64,000 bases of DNA, taken from a virus. Below are positions 34,936-45,384 of the stretch, one piece after another. The notes beneath the pieces were generated by a model. The model worked only from the letters and a program-made list of their open reading frames with translations, was not told the DNA's origin and ran no database searches. Position numbers and translations under genes: made by a program. Within the stretch, counting starts at the first letter, position 1. Each line of letters starts with the position of its first letter. The DNA is taken from IMG/VR virus record IMGVR_UViG_3300032893_000025, positions 1-64,000 of that record. One strand, 5' to 3'.

Positions 34936-37350
34936 TTATCTAGTTCTAACTTTAAACTTAGGTCTTGGGTTATACCAAGGAGCATTGGGATCTTTAATTA
35001 TATTGTAGTTCTCATTTGTTGCATTAAGAACATCATATTTTTCTTTTTGTTGCAAATATTGAGGAATTGCCTGTGCTATATTTTGCCAATATTGCATATT
35101 CTGTCTTTTATATGCATTTTCATTTTCTCTGTTAGCTAACTGAGTATTTAAATAATTTGATATATTAGTTAGTTTAGATTGTTGTTTAGCTTGTGCATTA
35201 AACTGCTCTTCTCGTGATAAACTATCTAATATAGTATTATTAACTCCTTCATCTATATCTGTATCTACTCCTGGTAATACTGATGCATACTGAGTTGGAC
35301 TAATTCCACTATTTCTTAAAGCAGCAATTCTATTAGCTCTTGAAGTAACTCCTTGTTGTCTAGCAGATGTTCTAGCTCCTTCTAAGTTAATTAACTCAGG
35401 AGATATTGTAGGACTTTGTATATCGGGTAATCTATTATTTCTATTTGCTAATAATAAAGCTAAATTAGCACCAACTGTTCCTACTAATCCTAAAGCATTA
35501 CCCCTATATGGACTATCTTCTTCAGTTTCTGGTTTAAATTGTGGTAATTTTGGAACATTTATTGGATCTCCATATTCATACTTAGGTAGTCCTGAATTTA
35601 AAGTACCACCAATAGCTTTCATATATCCTCCACAATTCATTTTACCACCACAATCCATACAACCACCACCACAATATTGTTCTAATTCTCCCCCATCTTC
35701 TTTTTTATGAAACCCATGATGTTTTTTAAATGTTAAAGCTAAAGCGCGTCTACGTCCTGTGCAGGTACTTTTAGTCATAGGTGTACAATACCCCTTATGG
35801 GCTGGGTTTACAGCTTTTTTAATCCATCCACCTTTAGCATATTCAGTTTCATCTCCATTACTATAATTAAACTCTAATTCTCCACCTTCTTCTAACATTT
35901 TTTCTCTAATAGCATTTGCTCTGGCTTCATATAACCATTCTGGCAATTCTCCACCCCTTTCAAACTCTACCCCTTCTAAACCTCCACCAAGTTCATGTTT
36001 CCAATTTGCAGCATTTTTTGCAAAATTTGCCCTCTTAATTATTGTTGAACTGTATTTGTCTTTATGAGCCATTACATGTTTGGCAGCTTCTTGAACTCCC
36101 ATTCCATGAGTATTAGCCCAATCTGTGAACTTTCCTTTATTCTCAGGTTTTATATGAATAGACCCCCCATCTCTATACTCTACAGAATTCATGTGTTCAT
36201 CTAATCCCTTTTTGTATTCTTCTTGAGAATTTGCTATTCCACCTAATTCCATATACATAGCATCTTGACTAATTTTATCATTAGGTCTACGAGAATACTT
36301 TTTAATTACTTTTCTTGCTTTATCTGAATAACCAAGTTTATCTGAAAAAATAAATGGGGATTCTTCATTAGGAAATTTAACTCCTATTTCATTACCTTCT
36401 ACTTCAGCTCCTGGTTTACCACCTAATATATATGAAGGATTTCCTGTAAATGAATCTACTGGAATACCACCACCTTTATGAGATGCTCCTTTATAATCTA
36501 TAGTATACCCACCTGATTCGTACCCTTTAGTACCTTCTCCACTTCTAAATTTAACAGTAGGTTTAGGAGGAGTATAAAAAGTATTCCAAGAATTTGGAAT
36601 AGTTTTATACTGATTCTCCATTGTTTTATATAATGGATTATCTTGTTCTATATGTCTTACTCCAGCATTATTTGGATCAATAAAATATCCCTTATCTTTT
36701 CCAAATCTTTGATTCCAATTATTTATATAAGATTTAAATAAATCATTTACAGTAGCTTGTTGCATATCATCTTTAGGTCTTAATAATACTGTAGCATAAT
36801 GACCTATACTATCTGGAGATTGATATAAACGAGGATCATTAATATCACCTATATTGTTTATATATCTTGCTCTTTGTGCCATATTACCTTCTGTACGTGG
36901 AGTAACTAAGGTACCACCACCTGGAAATGTGGGAATATTTGCAACTCTGGGAGCATTAGTTGTACTAAATTTTGCTTTAGCTTGCATTATTCTGTTTTCA
37001 AATTCTTCCTTTTCAGCTTCCCTTTTTCTATCCCCAGGTTTAACTCCTGAAAATAAATCAGATAACATATTAACTTTAGCCATAGGATTAATTATCATAT
37101 CTAAAGCACCAGCTCCTTTACTATTATACTCTCCATATTTATCTTTAAGTAAATTACTAGAAGTAGAATCTACTCCTTGTAATACAGAACCGGCTCCTGG
37201 TAATGCACTATTAGCTACAGAACCTAAAGTTTGTTTTCCAAATTGGGAGTACTGATCTGAGTCGTCAAACCCACCATTGTAATATTGAACTAATGGAGGG
37301 TAACCATTAGAGTTGTAAGGATCTCTCCATGAGTATTTTCTCTTTTTCAT
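34936..37350 (-). CDS. internal virion cargo protein with repeated xxxGG motifs
   Basis: Directly after the muzzle gene; HKGGGIP, AEVEGNE, IFSDKL and IHIKPENKGKFT segments. Confidence 0.6.
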   Translation of the reverse strand: MKKRKYSWRDPYNSNGYPPLVQYYNGGFDDSDQYSQFGKQTLGSVANSALPGAGSVLQGVDSTSSNLLKDKYGEYNSKGAGALDMIINPMAKVNMLSDLFSGVKPGDRKREAEKEEFENRIMQAKAKFSTTNAPRVANIPTFPGGGTLVTPRTEGNMAQRARYINNIGDINDPRLYQSPDSIGHYATVLLRPKDDMQQATVNDLFKSYINNWNQRFGKDKGYFIDPNNAGVRHIEQDNPLYKTMENQYKTIPNSWNTFYTPPKPTVKFRSGEGTKGYESGGYTIDYKGASHKGGGIPVDSFTGNPSYILGGKPGAEVEGNEIGVKFPNEESPFIFSDKLGYSDKARKVIKKYSRRPNDKISQDAMYMELGGIANSQEEYKKGLDEHMNSVEYRDGGSIHIKPENKGKFTDWANTHGMGVQEAAKHVMAHKDKYSSTIIKRANFAKNAANWKHELGGGLEGVEFERGGELPEWLYEARANAIREKMLEEGGELEFNYSNGDETEYAKGGWIKKAVNPAHKGYCTPMTKSTCTGRRRALALTFKKHHGFHKKEDGGELEQYCGGGCMDCGGKMNCGGYMKAIGGTLNSGLPKYEYGDPINVPKLPQFKPETEEDSPYRGNALGLVGTVGANLALLLANRNNRLPDIQSPTISPELINLEGARTSARQQGVTSRANRIAALRNSGISPTQYASVLPGVDTDIDEGVNNTILDSLSREEQFNAQAKQQSKLTNISNYLNTQLANRENENAYKRQNMQYWQNIAQAIPQYLQQKEKYDVLNATNENYNIIKDPNAPWYNPRPKFKVRTR

Positions 37351-37371
37351 AACTTATAAGTTAACTTAGTG

Positions 37372-37407
37372 TAAAAATAAATATTATTTGGGTAATATGC
37401 AAATATA
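37372..37407 (-). promoter_or_regulatory. putative host-type promoter for the cargo/vRNAP operon
   Basis: On the - strand TATATTTG (37407-37400), or TTTG-N20-TATTTTTA ending at 37372. Confidence 0.4.
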
Positions 37408-37411
37408 TTTT

Positions 37412-40400
37412 CTAATAAGGTTTAGTAGAAGAGTATGTAGTAATTATATCATTTACTACTAATTTCTTATTTGCATTATTTGTAAATGATAGTTCTACAA
37501 TAATATAACTATCTTTTAGTCTTTGTTCAGATGAATCAAATACTTGATTAAATCTCCAAGTTCTAAATAATCTACCTACATTAGTTCCAAGAGTTAAAGA
37601 AATATTTCCAGAATCTTGCCAATCATTATAAAATCTAATAGTATTAAAAGTCTCTTGCAGGTTACTACCAACTTCTGTTAACCACTCAAATATATCAAAT
37701 CTATTTACAAGATTACCATCTGGGTTTATTAACAAAGAAATTTTACTATCATAGTAACTTCCATAGAATTGTCCATAATTACCATAATTTTCTAAATATA
37801 TATCTATTCCATTGAGAGATGTATATAAGAAATCATCTGTAGTAATATATCTAAAAGGAATTACTTTATTTATTTGAGAGAAAGAATTTTGTTGCTCATT
37901 AAATACTAATGTTCTCTTGTATCCATCAGGCCAAGAACTAGCAATAAATGTAAAGAATATATTATTAAATTTTCTATCATACCCTGTAATTACATCTATT
38001 AAATTAGTTCCAGTAATATTTTTATTAAGGTATGATTGAATTCCTAACATTTTAGATATATTCTGTTCTCCTGATGCTTTATTGAATCTATAAATGGAGT
38101 TATTTCTTGTATCATACCAATATAGAATATTTAATCCTGTAATAATTCCATTTCTATGACTACACCCTGCGGCAGTTGTAAAATAATCAAATCTATCTAA
38201 TATACCTCCTGTGCCTATACGTAACTGAGATGAGTTACTTCCTTGAGTTACTTCTCTTTCTTCTACAGATAAAATGCAAATACCATTGGGTTGAAAACAT
38301 ATTAAATCAGAATTATGATTTATAAGCGCAGTTATAGACCCATATTGAGAATCTACATCTTTATAATTTAAAGGTCTCCACTTAGTCCAACTATCAGATA
38401 TTTCATTATTAAACTTCCTATTACTATACTGTACTCTAATATCAAAGGTAGGGGTATCTATAATATCTAAAGGTTTAGCATAATACTTTAAAGTAGTATT
38501 TTGATGAGAGTAAACTGAATTATATTTATATAAATCATCTACTTGAGTAAATGATAAAGGACTCTTTGCATATATTCCTGAGACTTCCTGTATTAATGCA
38601 GCATCAGAACTTATTACTCCATTTCCAATATTAGAATATAATTGTGTAAAATTTTTATTAGACTGCCATCTGGTATTTATAGTAGTCTCTACAGGAAATT
38701 TAAAAGTTTCATTATAGAATTCATTTACCGCAGTTGTTCCTACTAATCCAGAAACCATTGCCCTTTGATATTCAAATAAAGATACAAAAGTATCTCCATT
38801 ATAAATATCTATAGTGGTATTAGAGTTTCCTGTTTGTATATCAGAACATGATATATAATATCTTCTTGATCTGGCTTCAAATGTTCCTCCTCCATAACCA
38901 GCAACGGCTCTTTTATAATTAGCGAGTATATACTTACTTCCATAAGTAAAAGATGTATCTGTTATACCTGAGAAGTCTAAATCTGCCCCAGAATGTTCTA
39001 TAATTCCAATAGTTCCATGATACCCCTGTAAATTACCAGAACCATATTTTCTAATATAGTTTTCGTAACTACTAGTTCCAATAGTAACTTTATTTAATGG
39101 GGGTATTGCAGCTTCTACATCTTCAAATTTATTTACTATATTAAACCCAGTAACTACATTTCTTCTTAATGTTCCTACTAATGTAGATGTAGATGTACTA
39201 GTTACTTTAGATATTGTAATAAGATTTGTTAAATTAAAGTTTAAATTTCTGTTATCAATAAAAGGAACAGATGTTAATGTAGTTTTATAATATCTATAAG
39301 CTAAATTACAGACATCAATTAATTCTACTTGATCTCCCCCAGAATATGTTAAATTTTTATTATAGTTTATTTCGGGAGATATAAATTCAGATAGTCTTTT
39401 ATTTAAAGTTTGGCCTCTTGTAGCAACTCCATTATATTCAGCTACAGTTGGTAAAGTTACAGCAGGAGTATTCCATGTATATCCACTTTCATTATAAGAT
39501 CTTATACCACTTATAAGTCCTTGTGCTAATATGGTTCTATCATCAGTCTTTCTCTCACATCTTACTATTTGCCAATGAGTACAATCTGCTGGTAAATTTC
39601 TTACATTAAATCTAATCCCTAATAATCTAGCATCTCCTTCAGCACTTTTATTTATTCCATAAGTAGCAGCATCTTGCATTCTAGGAAATCTTATATCTCC
39701 TATCCATAAGGGATAACTTCTTTGAGTTCCTCTCCATAATACTATTGAAAAAGGGTATACTTCATCTCTTTGATACCCTCTATTTTCTGATGCATAAATA
39801 GGATTAACCCAATATGCACTATTAGTTTCGTCTACTACAGATGCAGTACTGTCAACACTAATATCTTTTGTTATAAAACTATAACTTATATTTAACCCAC
39901 TTCCTCCTAATGTAGTACCATTAGATTGGTATTTAAAATTTTTATCTCCAGTTATACCAGTCATAGCAACTCCATCCAATGTAAAATTATTATATGGATT
40001 CCAAGCATCGTGTGTTTCTGGTATATTAGTATAATCCGGTGATGGGCCTATTAATTCTACAACTCCAGTTGGACTAATCATTGGAGTGTTAAAATCACAG
40101 GGATAGGCTCTCTGATTAGAATTGAATCTATATGTTCTTGCATCATAAGTTACATTCCATATATTTTCTTTAATATTAGCGGCAAATAAAATATTATTTT
40201 TAGTTTCTAAGTCCTGACAGGTAAAATCATACTTTAACAAATTAAATTCATCTAAAGTAAGAGTTCCTAAATTAGACAAACCTGTATCTGTAAACGTCAT
40301 AGAAGTATCTGTTGTGGTTTCTTCTATAACAGTTATTTCAGGACTTACTAATATATTTGTATAAAATATTCTAACTACTCTTATTCTATTAAAAGTAGTA

Positions 40401-41137
40401 TCTACATTATCTACTGTAAATGTAACAGATTTACCCGCAGATTCTCCTTCATTGTTTCCTTTAAATAATATATCGCTTCCTGTTGTAGGTGAGTCTGATA
40501 AAGGAAGTAAAGATGATGGTGGTATAAAATTACTTTCAGCCCCATATAGATTATATAACTGATATGAGTATTGCACCATCCCAGCTTTTAAAGCCCCAAT
40601 TCCTATAGAATTTATAACTATAGGATCAAATGTTACTGATGGTATAGAATCAAAATCTTTAGCAGTTAAACTTGAAATATTAGGATCTTCTATATTACAA
40701 AACTTAATATTACTATTTCCATCTGTCCAATATATTTTAATAATTTCATCTGATTCATATCTACTAATAACTCTTAGAATTGGATAAGATGAACCAAATC
40801 CTAAATTTCCAGTATAAATATAAGAACCAGTTAATCCTCCTGTAGATCCTATTGTATACTTATATATTCTATCATTTACTCCAGGATTATTTCCTATAGC
40901 TAATATAATTAAATAATTTCTTACGGTAGTATATGCTTGTACACCATGCATACTCCATCCACTATCTAAACTAACAGACAAAGAATTACCTTTGGGATTA
41001 ACTAAAGCAAAACTGCTTAGTCCATCGTCAGTGATTAATCTAAGCAGCTCAACATCATAGCAATGTTCGTTATCATACTTATTTTTAGAAAGATCTCTGT
41101 TTATACCTTTCTGAAAAGTATTAAAAGTTTTTTTCAT
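37412..41137 (-). CDS. tail muzzle / stabilisation protein (P22 gp10-like)
   Basis: 1241 aa; N-terminal NTFQKGINRD, KIYWTDG, YQRDEVY and C-terminal beta-propeller-like YGSITALI; crAss-like gene order. Confidence 0.8.
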   Translation of the reverse strand: MKKTFNTFQKGINRDLSKNKYDNEHCYDVELLRLITDDGLSSFALVNPKGNSLSVSLDSGWSMHGVQAYTTVRNYLIILAIGNNPGVNDRIYKYTIGSTGGLTGSYIYTGNLGFGSSYPILRVISRYESDEIIKIYWTDGNSNIKFCNIEDPNISSLTAKDFDSIPSVTFDPIVINSIGIGALKAGMVQYSYQLYNLYGAESNFIPPSSLLPLSDSPTTGSDILFKGNNEGESAGKSVTFTVDNVDTTFNRIRVVRIFYTNILVSPEITVIEETTTDTSMTFTDTGLSNLGTLTLDEFNLLKYDFTCQDLETKNNILFAANIKENIWNVTYDARTYRFNSNQRAYPCDFNTPMISPTGVVELIGPSPDYTNIPETHDAWNPYNNFTLDGVAMTGITGDKNFKYQSNGTTLGGSGLNISYSFITKDISVDSTASVVDETNSAYWVNPIYASENRGYQRDEVYPFSIVLWRGTQRSYPLWIGDIRFPRMQDAATYGINKSAEGDARLLGIRFNVRNLPADCTHWQIVRCERKTDDRTILAQGLISGIRSYNESGYTWNTPAVTLPTVAEYNGVATRGQTLNKRLSEFISPEINYNKNLTYSGGDQVELIDVCNLAYRYYKTTLTSVPFIDNRNLNFNLTNLITISKVTSTSTSTLVGTLRRNVVTGFNIVNKFEDVEAAIPPLNKVTIGTSSYENYIRKYGSGNLQGYHGTIGIIEHSGADLDFSGITDTSFTYGSKYILANYKRAVAGYGGGTFEARSRRYYISCSDIQTGNSNTTIDIYNGDTFVSLFEYQRAMVSGLVGTTAVNEFYNETFKFPVETTINTRWQSNKNFTQLYSNIGNGVISSDAALIQEVSGIYAKSPLSFTQVDDLYKYNSVYSHQNTTLKYYAKPLDIIDTPTFDIRVQYSNRKFNNEISDSWTKWRPLNYKDVDSQYGSITALINHNSDLICFQPNGICILSVEEREVTQGSNSSQLRIGTGGILDRFDYFTTAAGCSHRNGIITGLNILYWYDTRNNSIYRFNKASGEQNISKMLGIQSYLNKNITGTNLIDVITGYDRKFNNIFFTFIASSWPDGYKRTLVFNEQQNSFSQINKVIPFRYITTDDFLYTSLNGIDIYLENYGNYGQFYGSYYDSKISLLINPDGNLVNRFDIFEWLTEVGSNLQETFNTIRFYNDWQDSGNISLTLGTNVGRLFRTWRFNQVFDSSEQRLKDSYIIVELSFTNNANKKLVVNDIITTYSSTKPY

Positions 41138-41138
41138 C

Positions 41139-41945
41139 TTATATTTTTCTTAATCTTTCTATCTCTCCTGAATATTTAAATCCTGTAGCATGTTCATTAG
41201 GTTTAGGAATAAGTCTCATCCTCATATTCTTTATAGCTTCCATCATATCTATATCAGGTATAATGGCTTTTCCTTTAGCAGCACCAGCAGCAAAGCAATA
41301 TTGAGAATCTATGTCATCTTTGATAGCTTTAGACATTTCTCCTCTATAATAACCACGTGTAGCTAATCTTGCTGCTATATAAGTTACAACTGCTCTAATG
41401 TATTGTGGGTCATCTGGAATCTTAGGTTCTCCGTCATCTGTAACAGGAAATGCACTATAACTTATTTCTACATCTCCATCTTTAAACCCAAAGTAAATAG
41501 AACCATTATGTTCCTGATAAGTTAACTGCTCGGGTATTACTGGGCCATTACCCCACTGTGCCACAAATACTGTTGTGTTGTTTATATCCACAGAACCATT
41601 AGCATCTATTACAATTGTTGGGCCTTCAAATACTGTAGTTGTACCAATACCAGAGTCATTACTACTATTTAATCTATGAAATAAATCTGTAGTTTTTCTA
41701 AGTAATACTCCTGTAGTTTTTTCTCTAATATTCTCAATTTTATACATATCTACAGGAATAATAGTTTTCCACTCAACTATAGGTAAATGTCTAAATTTAG
41801 ATTCTAATGCTGAATATATATTTAAAACCCCCATAACATCCCAAATCCATTCCATAACTTCAGACTTGTTTATATTAACAAACCCAAAATCTCTATAGAC
41901 ATTTTCTATAACCCTATCAACAGTTGTATAACTAGTTGTTAACAT
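41139..41945 (-). CDS. tail ring (tubular) protein
   Basis: Directly upstream of the muzzle gene; VEISYSAFPVTDDGEPKIPD motif. Confidence 0.7.
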   Translation of the reverse strand: MLTTSYTTVDRVIENVYRDFGFVNINKSEVMEWIWDVMGVLNIYSALESKFRHLPIVEWKTIIPVDMYKIENIREKTTGVLLRKTTDLFHRLNSSNDSGIGTTTVFEGPTIVIDANGSVDINNTTVFVAQWGNGPVIPEQLTYQEHNGSIYFGFKDGDVEISYSAFPVTDDGEPKIPDDPQYIRAVVTYIAARLATRGYYRGEMSKAIKDDIDSQYCFAAGAAKGKAIIPDIDMMEAIKNMRMRLIPKPNEHATGFKYSGEIERLRKI

Positions 41946-41947
41946 TT

Positions 41948-42223
41948 TTATACATTTAATTCTTTCATAATACTTTCTAATGTTTCATCTTTATTAGGGT
42001 CTTCATCCAATGGATTAGTTTTAGAAAAGTACTTATTGGATTTATAATTCCAATTACCATTTTTATCTCTTCCCTCTGTACTAAGAGTAATTAAGAACCC
42101 GCCATTATCTAGTTCTTCAACATCTACATTTTTGCTATTATCTCCAACTTTGGTTCTTTGAGACCAAGTTTTTACTTTTTTATCAGGTAACTTAGTTGTT
42201 ACTTCTTTTGCTTTATTGTTCAT
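41948..42223 (-). CDS. hypothetical protein
   Basis: 91-aa ORF in the operon. Confidence 0.6.
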   Translation of the reverse strand: MNNKAKEVTTKLPDKKVKTWSQRTKVGDNSKNVDVEELDNGGFLITLSTEGRDKNGNWNYKSNKYFSKTNPLDEDPNKDETLESIMKELNV

Positions 42224-42770
42224 AATAATTTCTATATAAATCAGTATTTTCTCTTAATGCTCTATTTAATGTTAATTTAGCTGTCCTGTTCATTTTAAAC
42301 CTATATACCTTTTTATTAGGTACATTGCAGGATATTTTATTCCATTTAAATACACATCTATATCTATCCGTATGTTCATTCCAATTATAAATTAATCCTT
42401 TCTCTTCTATAGGTATTTTAGCAATCTCTTCCGCAGTAAGATTAGGATATTTCTCAACCCACATTTCTTTTGTTTCTTTCCATTTAACAGGAATTTTATT
42501 TCTATTTACTTTATCTCCTATTACTTTTATTCTTAACTTTCTCCTCATTAACTCAATTTCCCCAAGTCTAAAAGGCATTACAAATGGAGTACCAAAATAA
42601 ATCATGTTAAAAACAACTTCACAAAAGAAATCTCTCATTATAGTTTTATATAGTTTATAAGAAATAGGTTTTTCTCCTTTAGATTCTTTCTTTTCTTTAT
42701 AAAATCTATATAAATCTTTTATTCCATAATCTGCTATATATCTTCTTTCTCCCCTTTTAAAAGCAAGCAT
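42213..42770 (-). CDS. HU/IHF-like protein of the crAss tail module
   Basis: FVMPFRLGEIEL, NEHTD and YRFKMNR; position between ring genes. Confidence 0.6.
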   Translation of the reverse strand: MLAFKRGERRYIADYGIKDLYRFYKEKKESKGEKPISYKLYKTIMRDFFCEVVFNMIYFGTPFVMPFRLGEIELMRRKLRIKVIGDKVNRNKIPVKWKETKEMWVEKYPNLTAEEIAKIPIEEKGLIYNWNEHTDRYRCVFKWNKISCNVPNKKVYRFKMNRTAKLTLNRALRENTDLYRNYYEQ

Positions 42771-42771
42771 A

Positions 42772-43482
42772 TTAGTTTTCCTTAGCCAAAGTTTGTGGAT
42801 TAGCTGGAGATGGATCTATAGGAGGTTTATAATCTAATCTAAATTCTCTACTTAATATCATCTCCTTCATATCACTTATTAAATTTAAATTAATTGGGTA
42901 TTCATCATCGTCTGTATAAGTAGAACTATTTAAAGTAGATACTTCTACAGGATTACTAAAAACTCCTCTTATATTTAATCCTTGTATACCAGATATAGAT
43001 TGAAAGTTTTTACTCATTAATAATATTTTATCTCCATAAACAACAGCAAAAACTGTATCATGGTTAAACTTACCATTCCCAGAGAATAAAGCTTGGTCAT
43101 AAGGAACTATAGTGTAATTAATTCTTAACTTGTCTGCTGGGCCTATTCTTACAAAAGTATGATTATATGCATTTCTTTCTATAGTCTTTGGTATAGATAT
43201 TGTAGTCTCTGCAAAATAATTATTAGATGGCAATGTTGTATAAATAGAACTATCTATCATTTGTAAAGCTACCGGGTTACCACCGGGAGCTAAAGTTTGT
43301 ATATATGCTTCATCAATTGGTAACATAGAGTACTTATCAAACTTTTGTTTTAAAAGTTTAGCCCTCATTGTGTTTACCCAAAACTTTATTTGGCGTATAT
43401 CAACATTATCTGTATCCTTAACATTCTGAGAGTAAAACTCAAAAACATCATAGGCAGCTTCATTAAGTGTTATAGATGCCAT
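42772..43482 (-). CDS. tail ring / structural protein
   Basis: DIRQIKFWV and IRGVFSNP...DDEYPI motifs; crAss-like gene order. Confidence 0.65.
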   Translation of the reverse strand: MASITLNEAAYDVFEFYSQNVKDTDNVDIRQIKFWVNTMRAKLLKQKFDKYSMLPIDEAYIQTLAPGGNPVALQMIDSSIYTTLPSNNYFAETTISIPKTIERNAYNHTFVRIGPADKLRINYTIVPYDQALFSGNGKFNHDTVFAVVYGDKILLMSKNFQSISGIQGLNIRGVFSNPVEVSTLNSSTYTDDDEYPINLNLISDMKEMILSREFRLDYKPPIDPSPANPQTLAKEN

Positions 43483-43484
43483 TT

Positions 43485-44063
43485 TTATTTAACTATTTTA
43501 ATATTTTGTATCACAGGTACTTCTATACCACTACATTTTAAATAGGCTTTTGTAGAAATACTTTTCTTCCATTTTATAAATAGAATCCTATGTTCCCATT
43601 TCTTGTATTCAAATACTTCTAAACTATCGTTAAATTCTCTATTAGTTATTTCAGTAATAAGTTTCTTATTTGCATAATCTATATAACTATTTCCTTCTAC
43701 TTTAAAACATTTACTATTATCTACAAATTTATACTTTTTTAAAATAGGGTTATTATATGTAGTATCTAAAATAGATAAATTTTTGATTCTGGTACTATCC
43801 TTAATGTTAATTTCAGTTGTGACTACATTTGTTACATCTTTTAATTTTAGTTTTAATTTAGATAGTTCAGATTGAAAATTTTCAGAATAATATTCTTTAA
43901 ATTCTTTTTCTTTTAATTCTTGTTGTCTTGCATTATCTTTTATAATAGCAATAATATTATTATCTTTTCTATCTACTTCAGATTTAAGATAAAACACTCC
44001 TTTAGTAAGTCCTACTAATATTATTGATAAAATAATTACAGTTAATATTAAATATTTATTCAT
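43485..44063 (-). CDS. putative spanin-like membrane-anchored lysis protein
   Basis: N-terminal TM, coiled coil, C-terminal RILFIKW; directly after the endolysin. Confidence 0.5.
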   Translation of the reverse strand: MNKYLILTVIILSIILVGLTKGVFYLKSEVDRKDNNIIAIIKDNARQQELKEKEFKEYYSENFQSELSKLKLKLKDVTNVVTTEINIKDSTRIKNLSILDTTYNNPILKKYKFVDNSKCFKVEGNSYIDYANKKLITEITNREFNDSLEVFEYKKWEHRILFIKWKKSISTKAYLKCSGIEVPVIQNIKIVK

Positions 44064-44539
44064 TTGAATTTTGTATTATTTACTCTTGTTATCCATCCTC
44101 TTAAAAATTTAAGAAGAGTTGGCTTTTTCTTAACTAAATCTCCATAGTATTCTATTCTACTACTTTTATATTCTTCCACAATATCTCCTTTATATTCATT
44201 GGCTAATTTAGATGTAACTGGCCCCAAGTCTCCATCTTCTTTGCAATTTAATATTCTTTGTAGTAGTTTAATAGCTGTACCTATTCCAGCATTAACCCCC
44301 ATATCAAATAAGTGAAGTTTAAGTAATTCATTCTGAATTAAATCTAACTTCATAGGTTTCCAATATTTTTCTAAATAAATTCCTCTCGCTTGGTTTACAG
44401 TAAGATTCTTTATATCAAGTTCTGGAAATTGCCTTTTACAAATACCAAAATTAGTTTCTCCACCTGGATCATTTGGGTCATTTACACACCCACCTTCATG
44501 TTCTAATATAACATCAATATACTCACTTACGTTTCTCAT
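44060..44539 (-). CDS. endolysin, glycoside hydrolase family 108 with C-terminal peptidoglycan-binding domain
   Basis: HEGG..NDPNDPGGETNFGI, FDMGVNAG, DGDLGPVT and FLRGWITRV. Confidence 0.9.
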   Translation of the reverse strand: MRNVSEYIDVILEHEGGCVNDPNDPGGETNFGICKRQFPELDIKNLTVNQARGIYLEKYWKPMKLDLIQNELLKLHLFDMGVNAGIGTAIKLLQRILNCKEDGDLGPVTSKLANEYKGDIVEEYKSSRIEYYGDLVKKKPTLLKFLRGWITRVNNTKFK

Positions 44540-44823
44540 GTAGTTAAATAATCAATTACATTATAATCTGTTACAAATAAAGAATTTAATCTTTCTTGTA
44601 TATCTTGCATTTGTGGTACAGTAAAGAAATTAGAATCACTTGCTCCTTCAACTATGGGAGTATATTCCATCATAATTTCTATATATCCTTTGGCTGTCTT
44701 AAGTAAAAATAGATCATTTTTCCAATCCTTATCTATTCTTATCTTATTACACATAAGACTTACCTTATTAGAGTATAAATCTAATAAAGCAAGTCTATAT
44801 GAGTTAAAATCTGCAATTAACAT
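44536..44823 (-). CDS. hypothetical protein (possible tail-hub component)
   Basis: 95-aa ORF in the structural operon. Confidence 0.5.
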   Translation of the reverse strand: MLIADFNSYRLALLDLYSNKVSLMCNKIRIDKDWKNDLFLLKTAKGYIEIMMEYTPIVEGASDSNFFTVPQMQDIQERLNSLFVTDYNVIDYLTT

Positions 44824-44825
44824 TG

Positions 44826-45032
44826 TTATTTCTTTTTAACTGTTTCTTTTGTAGTTTCAGGAGTATCTTCTCCTTTTTCTGCTTCGAGTAAACTATCGAG
44901 TAAACCAATAGCCCCCTCAGACTTTAGTAATATCTGATTAACTTTATCAAGTTCTGCTAAAAGTTTACCTTTATACTCAGAAGTAGATTGATACTTCTTA
45001 ACTAATTCTTCTCTTTCTTTTTGTAAGTCCAT
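44826..45032 (-). CDS. small coiled-coil protein
   Basis: 68 aa, downstream of a promoter. Confidence 0.6.
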   Translation of the reverse strand: MDLQKEREELVKKYQSTSEYKGKLLAELDKVNQILLKSEGAIGLLDSLLEAEKGEDTPETTKETVKKK

Positions 45033-45062
45033 TGTCTTAAAATTATTAATTAATTAATAGTA

Positions 45063-45093
45063 CAAATATAAAAATATTTTTGTAAAAAACAAA
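45063..45093 (-). promoter_or_regulatory. Bacteroidota-type promoter upstream of the lysis/tail genes
   Basis: On the - strand TTTG (45093-45090), 19-nt spacer, TATATTTG (45070-45063). Confidence 0.65.
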
Positions 45094-45105
45094 TTTTATT
45101 TTATA

Positions 45106-45372
45106 CTACTCTTTAGGAGTAATTTTTCCTTCCTCTTTAGTTACTTCTGGTATAACTTTATTTTTAAAAAATTCAGAAGTAACCATACCAAGCCCTGCTA
45201 AAACTAAACCTACTATTCCCCAGTATATTTCCATATTTATAACCACACCCTTAGTAGCTTTTATAGTCATATATGTTAATAATCCCATTGCCCAATAGAG
45301 TATAGCTCTCTTAGAACTAGCTCCATTTTCTTGATCCTCAAAGAATCCTTTAAACCAATTGAAAAATTTCAT
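45106..45372 (-). CDS. putative holin (2 TM, SSKR motif)
   Basis: FFED..GASSKR followed by two TM helices and a charged tail; near the endolysin. Confidence 0.6.
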   Translation of the reverse strand: MKFFNWFKGFFEDQENGASSKRAILYWAMGLLTYMTIKATKGVVINMEIYWGIVGLVLAGLGMVTSEFFKNKVIPEVTKEEGKITPKE

Positions 45373-45384
45373 AATATTTATTTT

